Below, one piece after another: positions 27,001 through 35,627 of a stretch of DNA of 54,911 bases. The position numbers were made by a program, and so were the translations under genes. Under the pieces are notes generated by a model. It had not been told where the DNA came from. It worked only from the letters and a program-made list of their open reading frames with translations, and made no database searches. Every line of letters begins with the position of its first letter. Position 1 is the first letter of the stretch. The stretch comes from an uncultured Methanosarcinales archaeon (GTDB taxonomy: Archaea; Nanobdellota; Nanobdellia; Woesearchaeales; GW2011-AR9): positions 1 to 54,911 of the forward strand of contig CAYFMJ010000004.1 in NCBI GenBank assembly GCA_964344235.1, in the 5' to 3' direction.

Positions 27001-28460
27001 TAAAAGTAATTAGAAACCATCGCCGAGCTGCCTATGCTGCAGAGGATTACGAAGAGTTGACGATAACACCGCAACCGATTAATCAAGAACTATGTCCCCC
27101 AGAACTTCTGATGGCATCCCATGATGCGTGGGATAAAGCGTTAACGTGGGGCGAACAATATGGTTTTCGAAATGCTCAGACAACTGTTCTTGCTCCAACA
27201 GGAACGATTGGTTTAGTCATGGACTGTGATACTACTGGTGTAGAACCGGACTATGCTCTTGTAAAGTTCAAAAAACTTGCAGGGGGCGGCTTCTTCAAAA
27301 TTGTAAATCAATCCGTTCCAGGAGCGTTAAAACATCTTGGCTACTCTGAAGAGCAAATCAACGACATGATTACCTATTGTTTGGGCCACGCAACTTTAGA
27401 AGGAGCTCCCCACGTCAATAAAGAATCTCTTAAAGCGAAAGGGCTAACGGACGAAGCACTGGCAGCGGTTGAGAAAGAACTTGCTAATTCCATGGACATT
27501 CGTTATGTCTTTAATTCCTGGACGATTGGCGAAGAATTGTACAATAAATTAACACAAAACCAGTCAACAGACTTCCTCACTGCACTAGGATTTACAGAGG
27601 AACAAGTAAACGCAGCGAATGAATACATCTGTGGAACAATGACTTTGGAAGGAGCCCCGCATTTGAAAGGAGAACATTACCCTGTCTTTGACTGTGCCAA
27701 TAAATGCGGTAATAAAGGAGTACGATACATCCATCCCTATGGTCATTTAAAGATGCTTGCTGCAGCGCAGTCATTCATTTCTGGAGCTATCTCCAAAACC
27801 ATCAACATGCCAAACGACTGGACTGTTGACCAGATCAAGAAAGCGTACTACGATGCCTGGGAGATGTGCATTAAAGCAACTGCATTGTATAGGGATGGCT
27901 GTAAATTGTCTCAACCTCTGAATAGCACATTGAGTGATAATTCGGAATTGAAAACGATTCTTGAACAACGCGCTGAAGAACCTGCTACTCCACTTGCTCC
28001 TGCAGGGACTGCAACGATCATCCAGAAGGCTAAGCTTGGTCCGAGAACATTACGGATTAGTGGAGAATTACAAGATAACGCTTTAGCAAAAGTAGTGGTA
28101 TCTCTTCCAGGTATGACTCCCGTACAGGAAGCAATGGTAACTGCATTAGTGAACTCAATCAACGTAAGTTTACAACATGGGTTATCTCCGCAAGTAATTG
28201 CACAACAGAGTTTACAGGTAGAAGGCCATCCCGTCATTGCAGAGCTAGCTGATTTCTTATCGGATTTTGAAGCTTCCTCCGTAACAACTCCGCCACTACA
28301 AAGCACACCAACTGCAGATCTCACAACAACCTCAACATCAACAGCTAGCGGCTCAGATAATGAAATCGAAAAGTGTCGTGGTTGCGGTGCATCTCAACTT
28401 CGACAGAATGGCACGTGCATGTTGTGTGAAGTCTGCGGAGATACAACGGGATGCAGTTAA
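24093..28460 (+). CDS. nrdJ: Class II (B12-dependent) ribonucleotide reductase with intein
   Basis: PNSPQW, HACFI, SNP/CSE, TACNLAS, APTGTI, C-terminal CxxC-CxxC-GCS. Confidence 0.95.
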   Translation: MIYMTDQETTMTMETQGLQIPRYFTKEGQSPFDQFEYELRSSVIKNPDGSTVFEMNDVEVPKFWTQVATDILAQKYFRKAGVPLRNDRGELLLDENGKVITGSETSIKQVAHRIAGCWRFWGEKFGYFTTPEDAQTFYDEMAYMVTNQSAAPNSPQWFTTGLNWAYGITGPAQGHSYIDPITEKLEFSKDAYSRSQPHACFIQHVNDDLVREGGIFSLLTREARVFKYGSGTGSNFSKLRGRGEPLSGGGTSSGLMSFLKIFDVAAGSIKSGGTTRRAAKMVCLDLDHPEIENFVWWKVREEEKVASLVVGSKTLKNRLTKLIDLAKATQNPLQNPEVQQAIQAAARENIPVNYIVRAITLAQQGYNLPLQEFDTHYESEAYLTVSGQNSNNSVRIPNEFFTALNEGKEWALKSRTDGSTFSTIPAEKLWDDIGYCAWASADPGVQFDTTINEWHTCPEGGRINGSNPCVTGDTKVLTAEGKWVRIDSILDTPTEIIVNTGVIQQVPIRGSFKTGHKPVYKLTTKSGYEIKLTADHKVFTINRGFVPACELTKDDYVQIPAHEVSEIKEVTDKTFYQMIGVYLGDGCGGEISNTRGIQLTMSKETEVPILEHFAEYVAESYERITHVNSPALIQMTKTSGKYVITNNSVIEKFRQIVDLSLKSHQKRFSDTIFALPLGAQKYILQGLFTADGTVAHYTHKASYYVSLDSSSLQLLKDAQTMLLGFGIKSKLYTNRRAGKETALLPDGNGGLKEYSVQEMHSLRISRSSRVRFAELIGFMPQSYKQQKLELINETTQAYGDKPFDPVRSLEYLGEEDVFDLTEPITNSFIANGITIHNCSEYMFLDDTACNLASINLQKLYDSDTDTFDVKGYRHTIRLWTIALEISVLMAHFPSENIAKGSFEYRTLGLGFANLGSLLMKQGIPYDSDKGRAIAGAMAATMTGDSYAASAEMARILGPFKHYQKNKEHMLKVIRNHRRAAYAAEDYEELTITPQPINQELCPPELLMASHDAWDKALTWGEQYGFRNAQTTVLAPTGTIGLVMDCDTTGVEPDYALVKFKKLAGGGFFKIVNQSVPGALKHLGYSEEQINDMITYCLGHATLEGAPHVNKESLKAKGLTDEALAAVEKELANSMDIRYVFNSWTIGEELYNKLTQNQSTDFLTALGFTEEQVNAANEYICGTMTLEGAPHLKGEHYPVFDCANKCGNKGVRYIHPYGHLKMLAAAQSFISGAISKTINMPNDWTVDQIKKAYYDAWEMCIKATALYRDGCKLSQPLNSTLSDNSELKTILEQRAEEPATPLAPAGTATIIQKAKLGPRTLRISGELQDNALAKVVVSLPGMTPVQEAMVTALVNSINVSLQHGLSPQVIAQQSLQVEGHPVIAELADFLSDFEASSVTTPPLQSTPTADLTTTSTSTASGSDNEIEKCRGCGASQLRQNGTCMLCEVCGDTTGCS
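25497..26603 (+). mobile_element. 369-aa intein with LAGLIDADG homing endonuclease
   Basis: Starts CVTGDT, ends IHN before the catalytic Cys; IGVYLGDG and LQGLFTADG blocks. Confidence 0.93.
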
Positions 28461-28515
28461 TTTTTTTCTTTTATTTTTCCTATAATTTAAATAAAACAGC
28501 CTCCTACAACAACCT

Positions 28516-30579
28516 ATGGACACTACCACAACGACCATCACTTCAACAATCCAAAAGATCACCAAAAGAAATGGTACAGTCGTAGAATTTAATCCTGAAA
28601 AAATTGTTGATGCTATCTTCAACGCAGCAAAAGAAGTTGGCGGTTCCGATAGACAATTAGCAACCTCATTAGCAAAAGAAGTCATTACAATTCTCGAAAC
28701 TAAATTCTCACCAATCCCTGCAGTGGAACAAGTACAAGATACTGTAGAAAAAGTTCTCATTGAAGGTGGCCATGCTAAAACTGCCAAAGCATTCATCCTG
28801 CATCGTTATAAGAAAAGTGAAGAGAGACGTCAACGTTCGCTAATCCTCGGCTCTGAGAGTACGGCGGATGAATTAGACTTCTCTAATGAAGCACTTACCA
28901 TTCTTAGTAGACGATATCTTCTCAAGGATAAAACTGGGACGTTAACAGAAACACCCAAAGAAATGCTGTGCCGGGTAGCCCATAACGTGGCGCAGGCTGA
29001 TTTGTTATACAGCTCTTCCAAAGAAGAAGTTGTCAACACAGAAAAAGCGTTCTACCAAATGATGGCAGAACTCCGCTTTCTTCCTAACTCTCCGACATTA
29101 ATGAATGCAGGTACAAAGACGCAACAGTTAAGCTCTTGTGTTGTGCTTCCTGTGGAAGATACGATGCAAGGGATCTTTGGCACACTCCATGACGCTGCCA
29201 TTATCCACCAGCGTGGTTCTGGAACTGGATTTAGCTTCTCCCGTCTTCGTCCAAAGAACGATCCAGTAGGCAAAAACTTAGGTGTTGCTGCAGGCCCAGT
29301 AACCTTTTTACAAGTGTACGACCGTGCGTTAGAAAGTATCAAACAGGGAGGTGTTCGTCCTGGTGCGAATATGGCAGTTCTCAGAGTAGATCACCCTGAC
29401 ATCATCCGCTTCATTGAAGCAAAACGCGAGAAACGCTCTCTCAAAAACTTCAATATTTCCGTTGGTGTGACAGATCGGTTCATGAAAGCAGTGGAAGAAG
29501 ACCGTTACTATTACCTCTCTAATCCTAGAACGAAAAAATACGTTGGAAAGTTACGTGCTCGAGATGTCTTCGCGGTCATCACCCAAAACGCCTGGAAAAC
29601 TGGTGACCCCGGTTTAGTCTTTCTCGATGAAATTAACCGTAAACATCCTGGGAAGCATTTGGGAGAGATTGAAACAACCAACCAATGTGGGGAAGCTCCG
29701 TTACTTCCGTATGAAGGTTGCGTTCTCGGTTCGTTAAACTTAAACAAATTCTACAACTCCGAACAAAACGATGTTAACTGGGAGATGTTACAAGAAACAA
29801 TCCATACAGCTGTACACTTTCTTGACAACGTCATTGATATGAATAACTATCCAACTGAAGAGGTTGAGAAAAACACCAAACACACTCGTAAATTCGGTTT
29901 AGGGATTATGGGCTTTGCAGATCTCTTATGTAAATTAAGCTTAAAATATGACTCTGAAGTAGGATTACAATTTGCCGATAAACTTCTTTCGTTCATTAAA
30001 GAAGCAGCCTACCAGAAATCTTCCCAATTAGCAGAGGAACGTGGTGTATGTCCTTCCTGGGAAGGCTCTGAACACCAAAAAGCGGGAAGAAAAATGCGTA
30101 ACATGAATTGTCTTTCCATATCTCCAACTGGCACGATTAGTATTCTTGCTGACGCCTCTTCTGGTTGTGAGCCGTTCTTTGCGATTTCTTACCAGAAAAC
30201 TGTTTTAGGCGATACAGAATTAGTATACCTCAACAAAGGATTTGAAGAAGTTGCCAAAGAACGGGGTTTTTACACTCCCGAACTTATTCGGAAAATCGCT
30301 CGTGTAGGTTCTATCCAGGGGTTAAAAGAAGTGCCGAAAGACGTTCGTGATATTTTTGTTACCAGCCAAGACATTAAACCAGAATGGCATATCCGTATGC
30401 AGGCAACGTTACAAAAACATATAGACAATTCCATCTCTAAAACCATTAACTTCCCCCGTGCCGCCTCTATTCGGGATATTGAAGAAGCCTATATGTTAGC
30501 CTGGAAAAGTAAATGTAAAGGGATCACAATTTACAGAGATGGCAGTTATGAAGATCAGGTTGTGAATATAGGGGAATAA
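28516..30579 (+). CDS. nrdJ: Second class II ribonucleotide reductase with N-terminal ATP cone
   Basis: KRNG...FNPEKI cone; PNSPTLMNAG, QLSSC, NQCGE, CVLGS, SPTGTIS. Confidence 0.9.
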   Translation: MDTTTTTITSTIQKITKRNGTVVEFNPEKIVDAIFNAAKEVGGSDRQLATSLAKEVITILETKFSPIPAVEQVQDTVEKVLIEGGHAKTAKAFILHRYKKSEERRQRSLILGSESTADELDFSNEALTILSRRYLLKDKTGTLTETPKEMLCRVAHNVAQADLLYSSSKEEVVNTEKAFYQMMAELRFLPNSPTLMNAGTKTQQLSSCVVLPVEDTMQGIFGTLHDAAIIHQRGSGTGFSFSRLRPKNDPVGKNLGVAAGPVTFLQVYDRALESIKQGGVRPGANMAVLRVDHPDIIRFIEAKREKRSLKNFNISVGVTDRFMKAVEEDRYYYLSNPRTKKYVGKLRARDVFAVITQNAWKTGDPGLVFLDEINRKHPGKHLGEIETTNQCGEAPLLPYEGCVLGSLNLNKFYNSEQNDVNWEMLQETIHTAVHFLDNVIDMNNYPTEEVEKNTKHTRKFGLGIMGFADLLCKLSLKYDSEVGLQFADKLLSFIKEAAYQKSSQLAEERGVCPSWEGSEHQKAGRKMRNMNCLSISPTGTISILADASSGCEPFFAISYQKTVLGDTELVYLNKGFEEVAKERGFYTPELIRKIARVGSIQGLKEVPKDVRDIFVTSQDIKPEWHIRMQATLQKHIDNSISKTINFPRAASIRDIEEAYMLAWKSKCKGITIYRDGSYEDQVVNIGE

Positions 30580-30582
30580 GTG

Positions 30583-30711
30583 CTATAGTGTTGACCGTCT
30601 GTGTCATTAATGGCATTTATTGCATGGCAATAATGACATGACCAGACGTAAGATACTATGTTCGTATACGGAGTGTACGGTTATAGTCTCTGAAGTAGGT
30701 CAACTCTATAG
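30583..30711 (+). ncRNA. Candidate structured RNA (three-way junction)
   Basis: P1 30583-96/30698-711; P2 30597-609/30631-47; P3 30651-91; four G-U pairs on the + strand. Confidence 0.5.
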
Positions 30712-30767
30712 AGTCGGGAGAATAGAAAATAATAAATGTGTAAACAAAATAGATCAACACGTACACA

Positions 30768-31331
30768 ATGAAAATCTATACAAAAATAGGTGATCAGGGG
30801 AAGACAACATTCTTCGGTTGTGGTTTGGTGCAGAAAGATGATGCCAGAATTGAAGCTTTTGGTGCATTAGATGAACTTAACTCCGTTATTGGCGTCACAC
30901 TCTGCTTTGTTGAAGATGAATCTTTACGATCTATTTTAACACGAATTCAAAACGATTTATTTCAAGTAGGAGCTGATTTAGCAGGCAGTGCCTTAAGTAA
31001 AGATGCCCTGCCGAGAATTAAAGAGGACCACGTGAAAGAAATGGAACAAGCGATTGACAAATTAGAAGAGAAGCTAGGCATGCCACAATCATTTATTCTC
31101 CCTGGTGGCACAATAGCAAGCTCTTTTTTACACCTTTGCCGTTCTACTACACGCCGTGCTGAAAGAACATTAGTGAAAGCCACTCACATCCTGGAGTTAA
31201 ACCCCCAGATGTTAAAATACATTAACCGTTTAAGCGACCTATTATACGTCCTCGCACGAGATGCAAATAAAGAATTAGACGTCAAAGAACAACAACCAAT
31301 CTATAAGTATTTTGAAGAGAAGAAAGAGTAG
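30768..31331 (+). CDS. pduO: Cob(I)alamin adenosyltransferase, PduO type
   Basis: KIYTKIGDQGKT, RIEAFGALDELNS, RRAER, YINRLSD. Confidence 0.92.
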   Translation: MKIYTKIGDQGKTTFFGCGLVQKDDARIEAFGALDELNSVIGVTLCFVEDESLRSILTRIQNDLFQVGADLAGSALSKDALPRIKEDHVKEMEQAIDKLEEKLGMPQSFILPGGTIASSFLHLCRSTTRRAERTLVKATHILELNPQMLKYINRLSDLLYVLARDANKELDVKEQQPIYKYFEEKKE

Positions 31332-31332
31332 T

Positions 31333-32214
31333 TTACCGCTTCTCCTTCCTCAACTCCTCCACCAATAAAGAAGTCACATCAATCTTATTTGATGTATGCT
31401 CAATACAATTCGTTGTCATAATAGAATCAAAATATTTCTGCATTCTCTCATGTCCCTTCTCTACAAATAACCCATGCACTCCAATCGCAATAACTTTGCG
31501 AGCCTTCAACTTCCGTGCTTCCTTCGCTGCTTGAATCATCGTGTTTCCCGTTGAAATAATATCATCAATGATAATCGCTTCCTTATGCGCACAATCAACA
31601 GGTTTAATCATCTTACTTGTGACTCTCCTGGAAGAGAATCTCGTTTTCTCTAAAACTGTCGATTCACAACCCACCATTTTAGCAATATATTCCGCCCACT
31701 GATACGATTCCCAATCTGGCCCAATGATCACGGGATTCTTGAATCGCTTCTTAATAAAATCAGCAATCACAGAATTAGCTGTCAACCGTTTCGCAGAAAT
31801 TGTAAAGATATCTTTCAACGACCTATATCGGTGTAAATGCGGATCAATTGTAATAATTTTATCAATGCAAATATTTAGATGCTTCGCCATTATCCGCGAC
31901 GTAATCGCTTCCCCCGACTTAAACCGCTTATCCTGCCTCATGTACGCTAAATACGGCGCAACAAGAATAACTTTCCTAGCTCCCAAATCTTTTGCCGTCT
32001 CTGCAGCAACAATAATATCAAATAAACTCATGTCAGAATGTGGCTGGAATGATTGCACGATCACTACCTTCTTTCCTTTTACGGGCCTCTCAAATTTTAG
32101 ATAAATATCTCCATCAGGAAATGAAGAAATCGTTAATGGAGAGAATGAACAACGTAACTTCTTTGCTATTTTTTTCGCAATAGGTACAGAATTCCCGCAC
32201 GTTGTAATGATAAT
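31333..32214 (-). CDS. prs: Ribose-phosphate pyrophosphokinase, probable ATT start
   Basis: FPDG, PYLAYMRQD, GPD, IIDDIISTGNT; open frame extends to ATT 32214, 6 nt from GAGGTG. Confidence 0.9.
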   Translation of the reverse strand: MIITTCGNSVPIAKKIAKKLRCSFSPLTISSFPDGDIYLKFERPVKGKKVVIVQSFQPHSDMSLFDIIVAAETAKDLGARKVILVAPYLAYMRQDKRFKSGEAITSRIMAKHLNICIDKIITIDPHLHRYRSLKDIFTISAKRLTANSVIADFIKKRFKNPVIIGPDWESYQWAEYIAKMVGCESTVLEKTRFSSRRVTSKMIKPVDCAHKEAIIIDDIISTGNTMIQAAKEARKLKARKVIAIGVHGLFVEKGHERMQKYFDSIMTTNCIEHTSNKIDVTSLLVEELRKEKR

Positions 32215-32304
32215 TGTTCACACCTCTTTTACTCCCTACTACTGAATTAATATTTATAAAACTACTGGAGAAATGTTTATATAACGAATCCTATTGTTTC
32301 CATT

Positions 32305-33888
32305 ATGTCAAAAAGTAAGCAGAAAAAACAACAATTCTTCCATTGGACTGACGTTACGGCGGAGAAAGTCATTAGAGAAAAGGGCAATAAAAAATCGTAC
32401 ACAGTAGCGTCTGGCATTACTCCCTCTGGAACTGTTCACCTCGGCAACTTTAGAGAAATAATTACGGTTGAACTCGTTAAACGAGCCCTGGAAAAAAGAG
32501 GAAAGAAAGTGAGATTCATCTACTCCTGGGACGACTTTGATGTATTCCGAAAAGTTCCTAAAAATATGCCGAAACAAACCCAACTGAAGGCTGCACTCCG
32601 TAAGCCGATTGTTGACATTCCCGATCCGTTTGACAAACATGAAAGCTATGCGAGACATCAAGAGATCTTAGTAGAGGAAGATGTTAAACGCGTAGGTATT
32701 GAACCAGAATTTATCTATCAAGCGAAAGAATATCGGAAAGGTGAATATGCAAAACAAATCCAACATGCTCTCAAGAACACAGATAAAATTAAAGCAATCC
32801 TTAACCAACATCGTAAGGAGCCTCTTGCTGACGATTGGCTACCAGTAGGAATCTTTTCACAGAAAACTGGAACTGATGAAATATCAGACATGAAGTACGA
32901 CGGCAAGTGGACTATAACCTACGCACTCAAAGATGGTTCTGAAGAATCAGTAAACTTCCAGAAAGGCGGCGATGTAAAATTAAAGTGGAGAGTTGATTGG
33001 CCGATGCGTTGGGCGTTTGAAAATGTTGATTTCGAGCCAGGTGGAAAAGATCATTCCACAACTGGAGGAAGCTTCGACACAGGAAAAGAAATAATCAAAC
33101 AACTCTGGAAACAAGACGCTCCTACCTACATAATGTACAACTTCATCAATGTCCGTGGCGCTACAGGAAAAATGTCTAGTTCCAAAGGGGATGTTGTAAC
33201 GTTACGAGATGTTTTAGAAGTCTACGAACCAGAAGTTATCCGTTATCTCTTCGCTGGCACACGACCAAATAGAGAATTTTCCATCAGTTTTGACGTTGAC
33301 GTTCTTGCATTATATGAAGAATTCGATAAAGTGGAACGGATTTATTATGGCATAGAAGAAGTGAATCAGAAGAAAACTGAACAAGCTAAAGTTGCGTACG
33401 AATTAAGTCACATCGGCAAAATACCCAAAACCATTCCATACCAACCAAGTTTCCGCCATCTTACAACATTAGCCCAAATTTACAATTTTGATATAGATAA
33501 AGTAACAAACTACTTTGAGAAACAATTAAAGAACAAACATGATAAAGAAAGACTACGAACAAGAGCAGAATGTGCTGCAAATTGGATTAAAAAATACGCA
33601 CCAGAAGATTTCAGATTTCATGTTCAAGAAAAACCAAGAGCTAAAATATCAAAACAAGCCAAAGAAATTCTCCATCAACTCGCAAGAAAGTTAGAAGAAA
33701 AAGAGTGGACAGACAAAGCATTACATGAAGAAATGTATATTCTCTGTACGAACGCAGAATTCCCTCCGAAAGACTTCTTCAAAGCAGCGTATAACGTTCT
33801 AATCAATAAAGACAAAGGCCCACGGTTAGCTTCTTTTATCTTAGAAATCGGCCGAAAGAAAGTTGCGAAGCTATTCAAACAGGCTTAA
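32305..33888 (+). CDS. lysS: Class I lysyl-tRNA synthetase
   Basis: SGITPSGTVHLGNFRE, WRVDWPMRW, EPGGKDH, KMSSSKG, GPRL. Confidence 0.96.
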   Translation: MSKSKQKKQQFFHWTDVTAEKVIREKGNKKSYTVASGITPSGTVHLGNFREIITVELVKRALEKRGKKVRFIYSWDDFDVFRKVPKNMPKQTQLKAALRKPIVDIPDPFDKHESYARHQEILVEEDVKRVGIEPEFIYQAKEYRKGEYAKQIQHALKNTDKIKAILNQHRKEPLADDWLPVGIFSQKTGTDEISDMKYDGKWTITYALKDGSEESVNFQKGGDVKLKWRVDWPMRWAFENVDFEPGGKDHSTTGGSFDTGKEIIKQLWKQDAPTYIMYNFINVRGATGKMSSSKGDVVTLRDVLEVYEPEVIRYLFAGTRPNREFSISFDVDVLALYEEFDKVERIYYGIEEVNQKKTEQAKVAYELSHIGKIPKTIPYQPSFRHLTTLAQIYNFDIDKVTNYFEKQLKNKHDKERLRTRAECAANWIKKYAPEDFRFHVQEKPRAKISKQAKEILHQLARKLEEKEWTDKALHEEMYILCTNAEFPPKDFFKAAYNVLINKDKGPRLASFILEIGRKKVAKLFKQA

Positions 33889-34283
33889 TGTAAAGACTGA
33901 CCCTTATAACTTACATTGACTTCCGTCTCGATACCTCTGTCACGCAGAGAATGTCTTAGTTCATCAATATCTCTTCTGATCATAGCTAACGTTTTTTCTG
34001 TTGGAACTTCTCCCGGTGGTCTTTCAGAGATATTTACGTCGGTAGTTCTAATTCTTCTTCCATCAGAGAACGTGACTTCATAGAATTTGGGTGCCTGGTA
34101 ACATGTTCCTCAACTTCCTCATCACAAAAATCTCCTGCTGTTGTATCGTCGCCCCTCTCAAGATCCCTTTGGTGGAAAGTGTAATCAACTTGAATGTAGC
34201 CTGCCCAATCGCTTAATCTCCCTTCCTCTACAGAACTCATTAATCTTCTTACTAATGGTGTCTCTGTCATTTTTCAAAATAAA

Positions 34284-34370
34284 TGGTGTGGACGGCAGGG
34301 TTCGAACCTGCGTAGGCACTAAGCCAATAGGTCCTAAGCCTATCCCGTTTGACCGCTCCGGCACGTCCAC
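34284..34370 (-). tRNA. tRNA-Leu(TAG) with encoded CCA
   Basis: GTGGACG/CGTCCAC acceptor; ATAGG-CTTAGGA-CCTAT; variable arm; A73-CCA. Confidence 0.95.
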
Positions 34371-34472
34371 GTGAATATAAGAATTTTAATCAACCTATTT
34401 TTATATGTTTCTATTCAGAACCTCTCTCAATTTCCATAAAGCTTAAAAGCTCCCTTCTCTCCAAACACCATA

Positions 34473-35153
34473 ATGAAACAGATTACAATAATCCTACTCG
34501 CCGCGTTAGTATTCCTAACAGCGTGTAACCTCATTACTGGCGGCTCTACCGTTGACCCTAATGATAGCTGCTCAGCGTTAGATGGCTTACACAAAGATGA
34601 CTGTTATGCTGAGAAAATGCAGTGTAGTAAAATCTCTAATAGTATGGTTAGAGACTCCTGTGTTGTTGAATTAGCAAAACTAAAAGAAGACGTTTCTGTC
34701 TGTGACCTTATTGAGTCATCATCAGCAAAAAGTTACTGCTTTTACGAAATCGCTATACAAGAAAATGATATTGCCTTTTGTGATTCAGTCACAGAAACAT
34801 ACTGGGAAGACAACTGTAACTCCCATTTTGGCATGCAAAACAATGACGAGTCTCTATGCTTCCTCATCCGAAGCAATGAACAACGATTTGCTTGTCTAGA
34901 AAGCGTTGCGGTTAATCTTCAAGACCCACTTCTTTGTGACTTCTTGGGTGCGAAACGTGAGGGCTGTGTTTTAACCATTGCTAAAGACACACACAATGTT
35001 GAGACCTGTTCATTGCTGAACAACCCTGCTAATGAAGATATTTGTATCTCAAAAATCGCGGTACTTACTGAGAATCAAGAACTCTGTGAGTCTATCACAT
35101 ATCCTCCTATCAGAGATGATTGTGAAGCTAAGCTTGCAGAATTAGAAAATTAA
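34473..35153 (+). CDS. Putative lipoprotein with Cys-pair repeats (surface protein)
   Basis: Signal peptide ending FLTAC; repeated C-x(8-11)-C units. Confidence 0.7.
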   Translation: MKQITIILLAALVFLTACNLITGGSTVDPNDSCSALDGLHKDDCYAEKMQCSKISNSMVRDSCVVELAKLKEDVSVCDLIESSSAKSYCFYEIAIQENDIAFCDSVTETYWEDNCNSHFGMQNNDESLCFLIRSNEQRFACLESVAVNLQDPLLCDFLGAKREGCVLTIAKDTHNVETCSLLNNPANEDICISKIAVLTENQELCESITYPPIRDDCEAKLAELEN

Positions 35154-35161
35154 AATTTTCT

Positions 35162-35326
35162 TTATTTTTTATTCCAATTATAACTTCTGGTTTTAGCTGT
35201 GTCTCCATATCCACAGGATGAACACCGCTTCTTTCGGATATGGTAGGAGTGACCACCGCATCGTCTACATCGAATATGTGAAGTCTTTCCACTCTTCTTC
35301 CCAAAACTTGCAGTGCCCTTTCCCAT
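35162..35326 (-). CDS. rpl37e: 50S ribosomal protein L37e (missed by ORF track)
   Basis: [11 protein letters not shown]...HIRCRRCG...CSSCGYG; follows LSm. Confidence 0.95.
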   Translation of the reverse strand: MGKGTASFGKKSGKTSHIRCRRCGGHSYHIRKKRCSSCGYGDTAKTRSYNWNKK

Positions 35327-35328
35327 AG

Positions 35329-35559
35329 TTATGCCTCAGCTGGAGAAATCATGATGATGGTATCACCACGAAGAAATATTGTTCCTAATTTCCGTGTCAC
35401 TTCACCATTCTTACGCTCTTCTGCGTTCCGTAGAACGACGTTAATGTGAATGTCAAATGCATGAAGATTTCCTACAAATTGTGTTCCGTTCTTCAAATCA
35501 ATCATCACAGACTTATTCCGTGCTGCGTTTAATGTGTCTAATGGTCTTGTTGCTTCCAT
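35329..35559 (-). CDS. Sm-like (LSm) protein
   Basis: [24 protein letters not shown]. Confidence 0.93.
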   Translation of the reverse strand: MEATRPLDTLNAARNKSVMIDLKNGTQFVGNLHAFDIHINVVLRNAEERKNGEVTRKLGTIFLRGDTIIMISPAEA

Positions 35560-35627
35560 AATTATACCTCTATTATCTTATTTTCATCGGATTATTGCTG
35601 TTTTATAAATGTTTTGTTTATAGAGAA

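Noticed and set aside
30583-30711. Canonical cobalamin riboswitch or hammerhead ribozyme
   Set aside because: The B12-box and CUGANGA/GAAA core motifs are absent; kept only as an unknown structured RNA.
33886-34270. Possible frameshifted gene between lysS and tRNA-Leu
   Set aside because: Two open minus-strand frames abut near 34105, but neither has a recognisable domain and the second has no start; cannot be supported.
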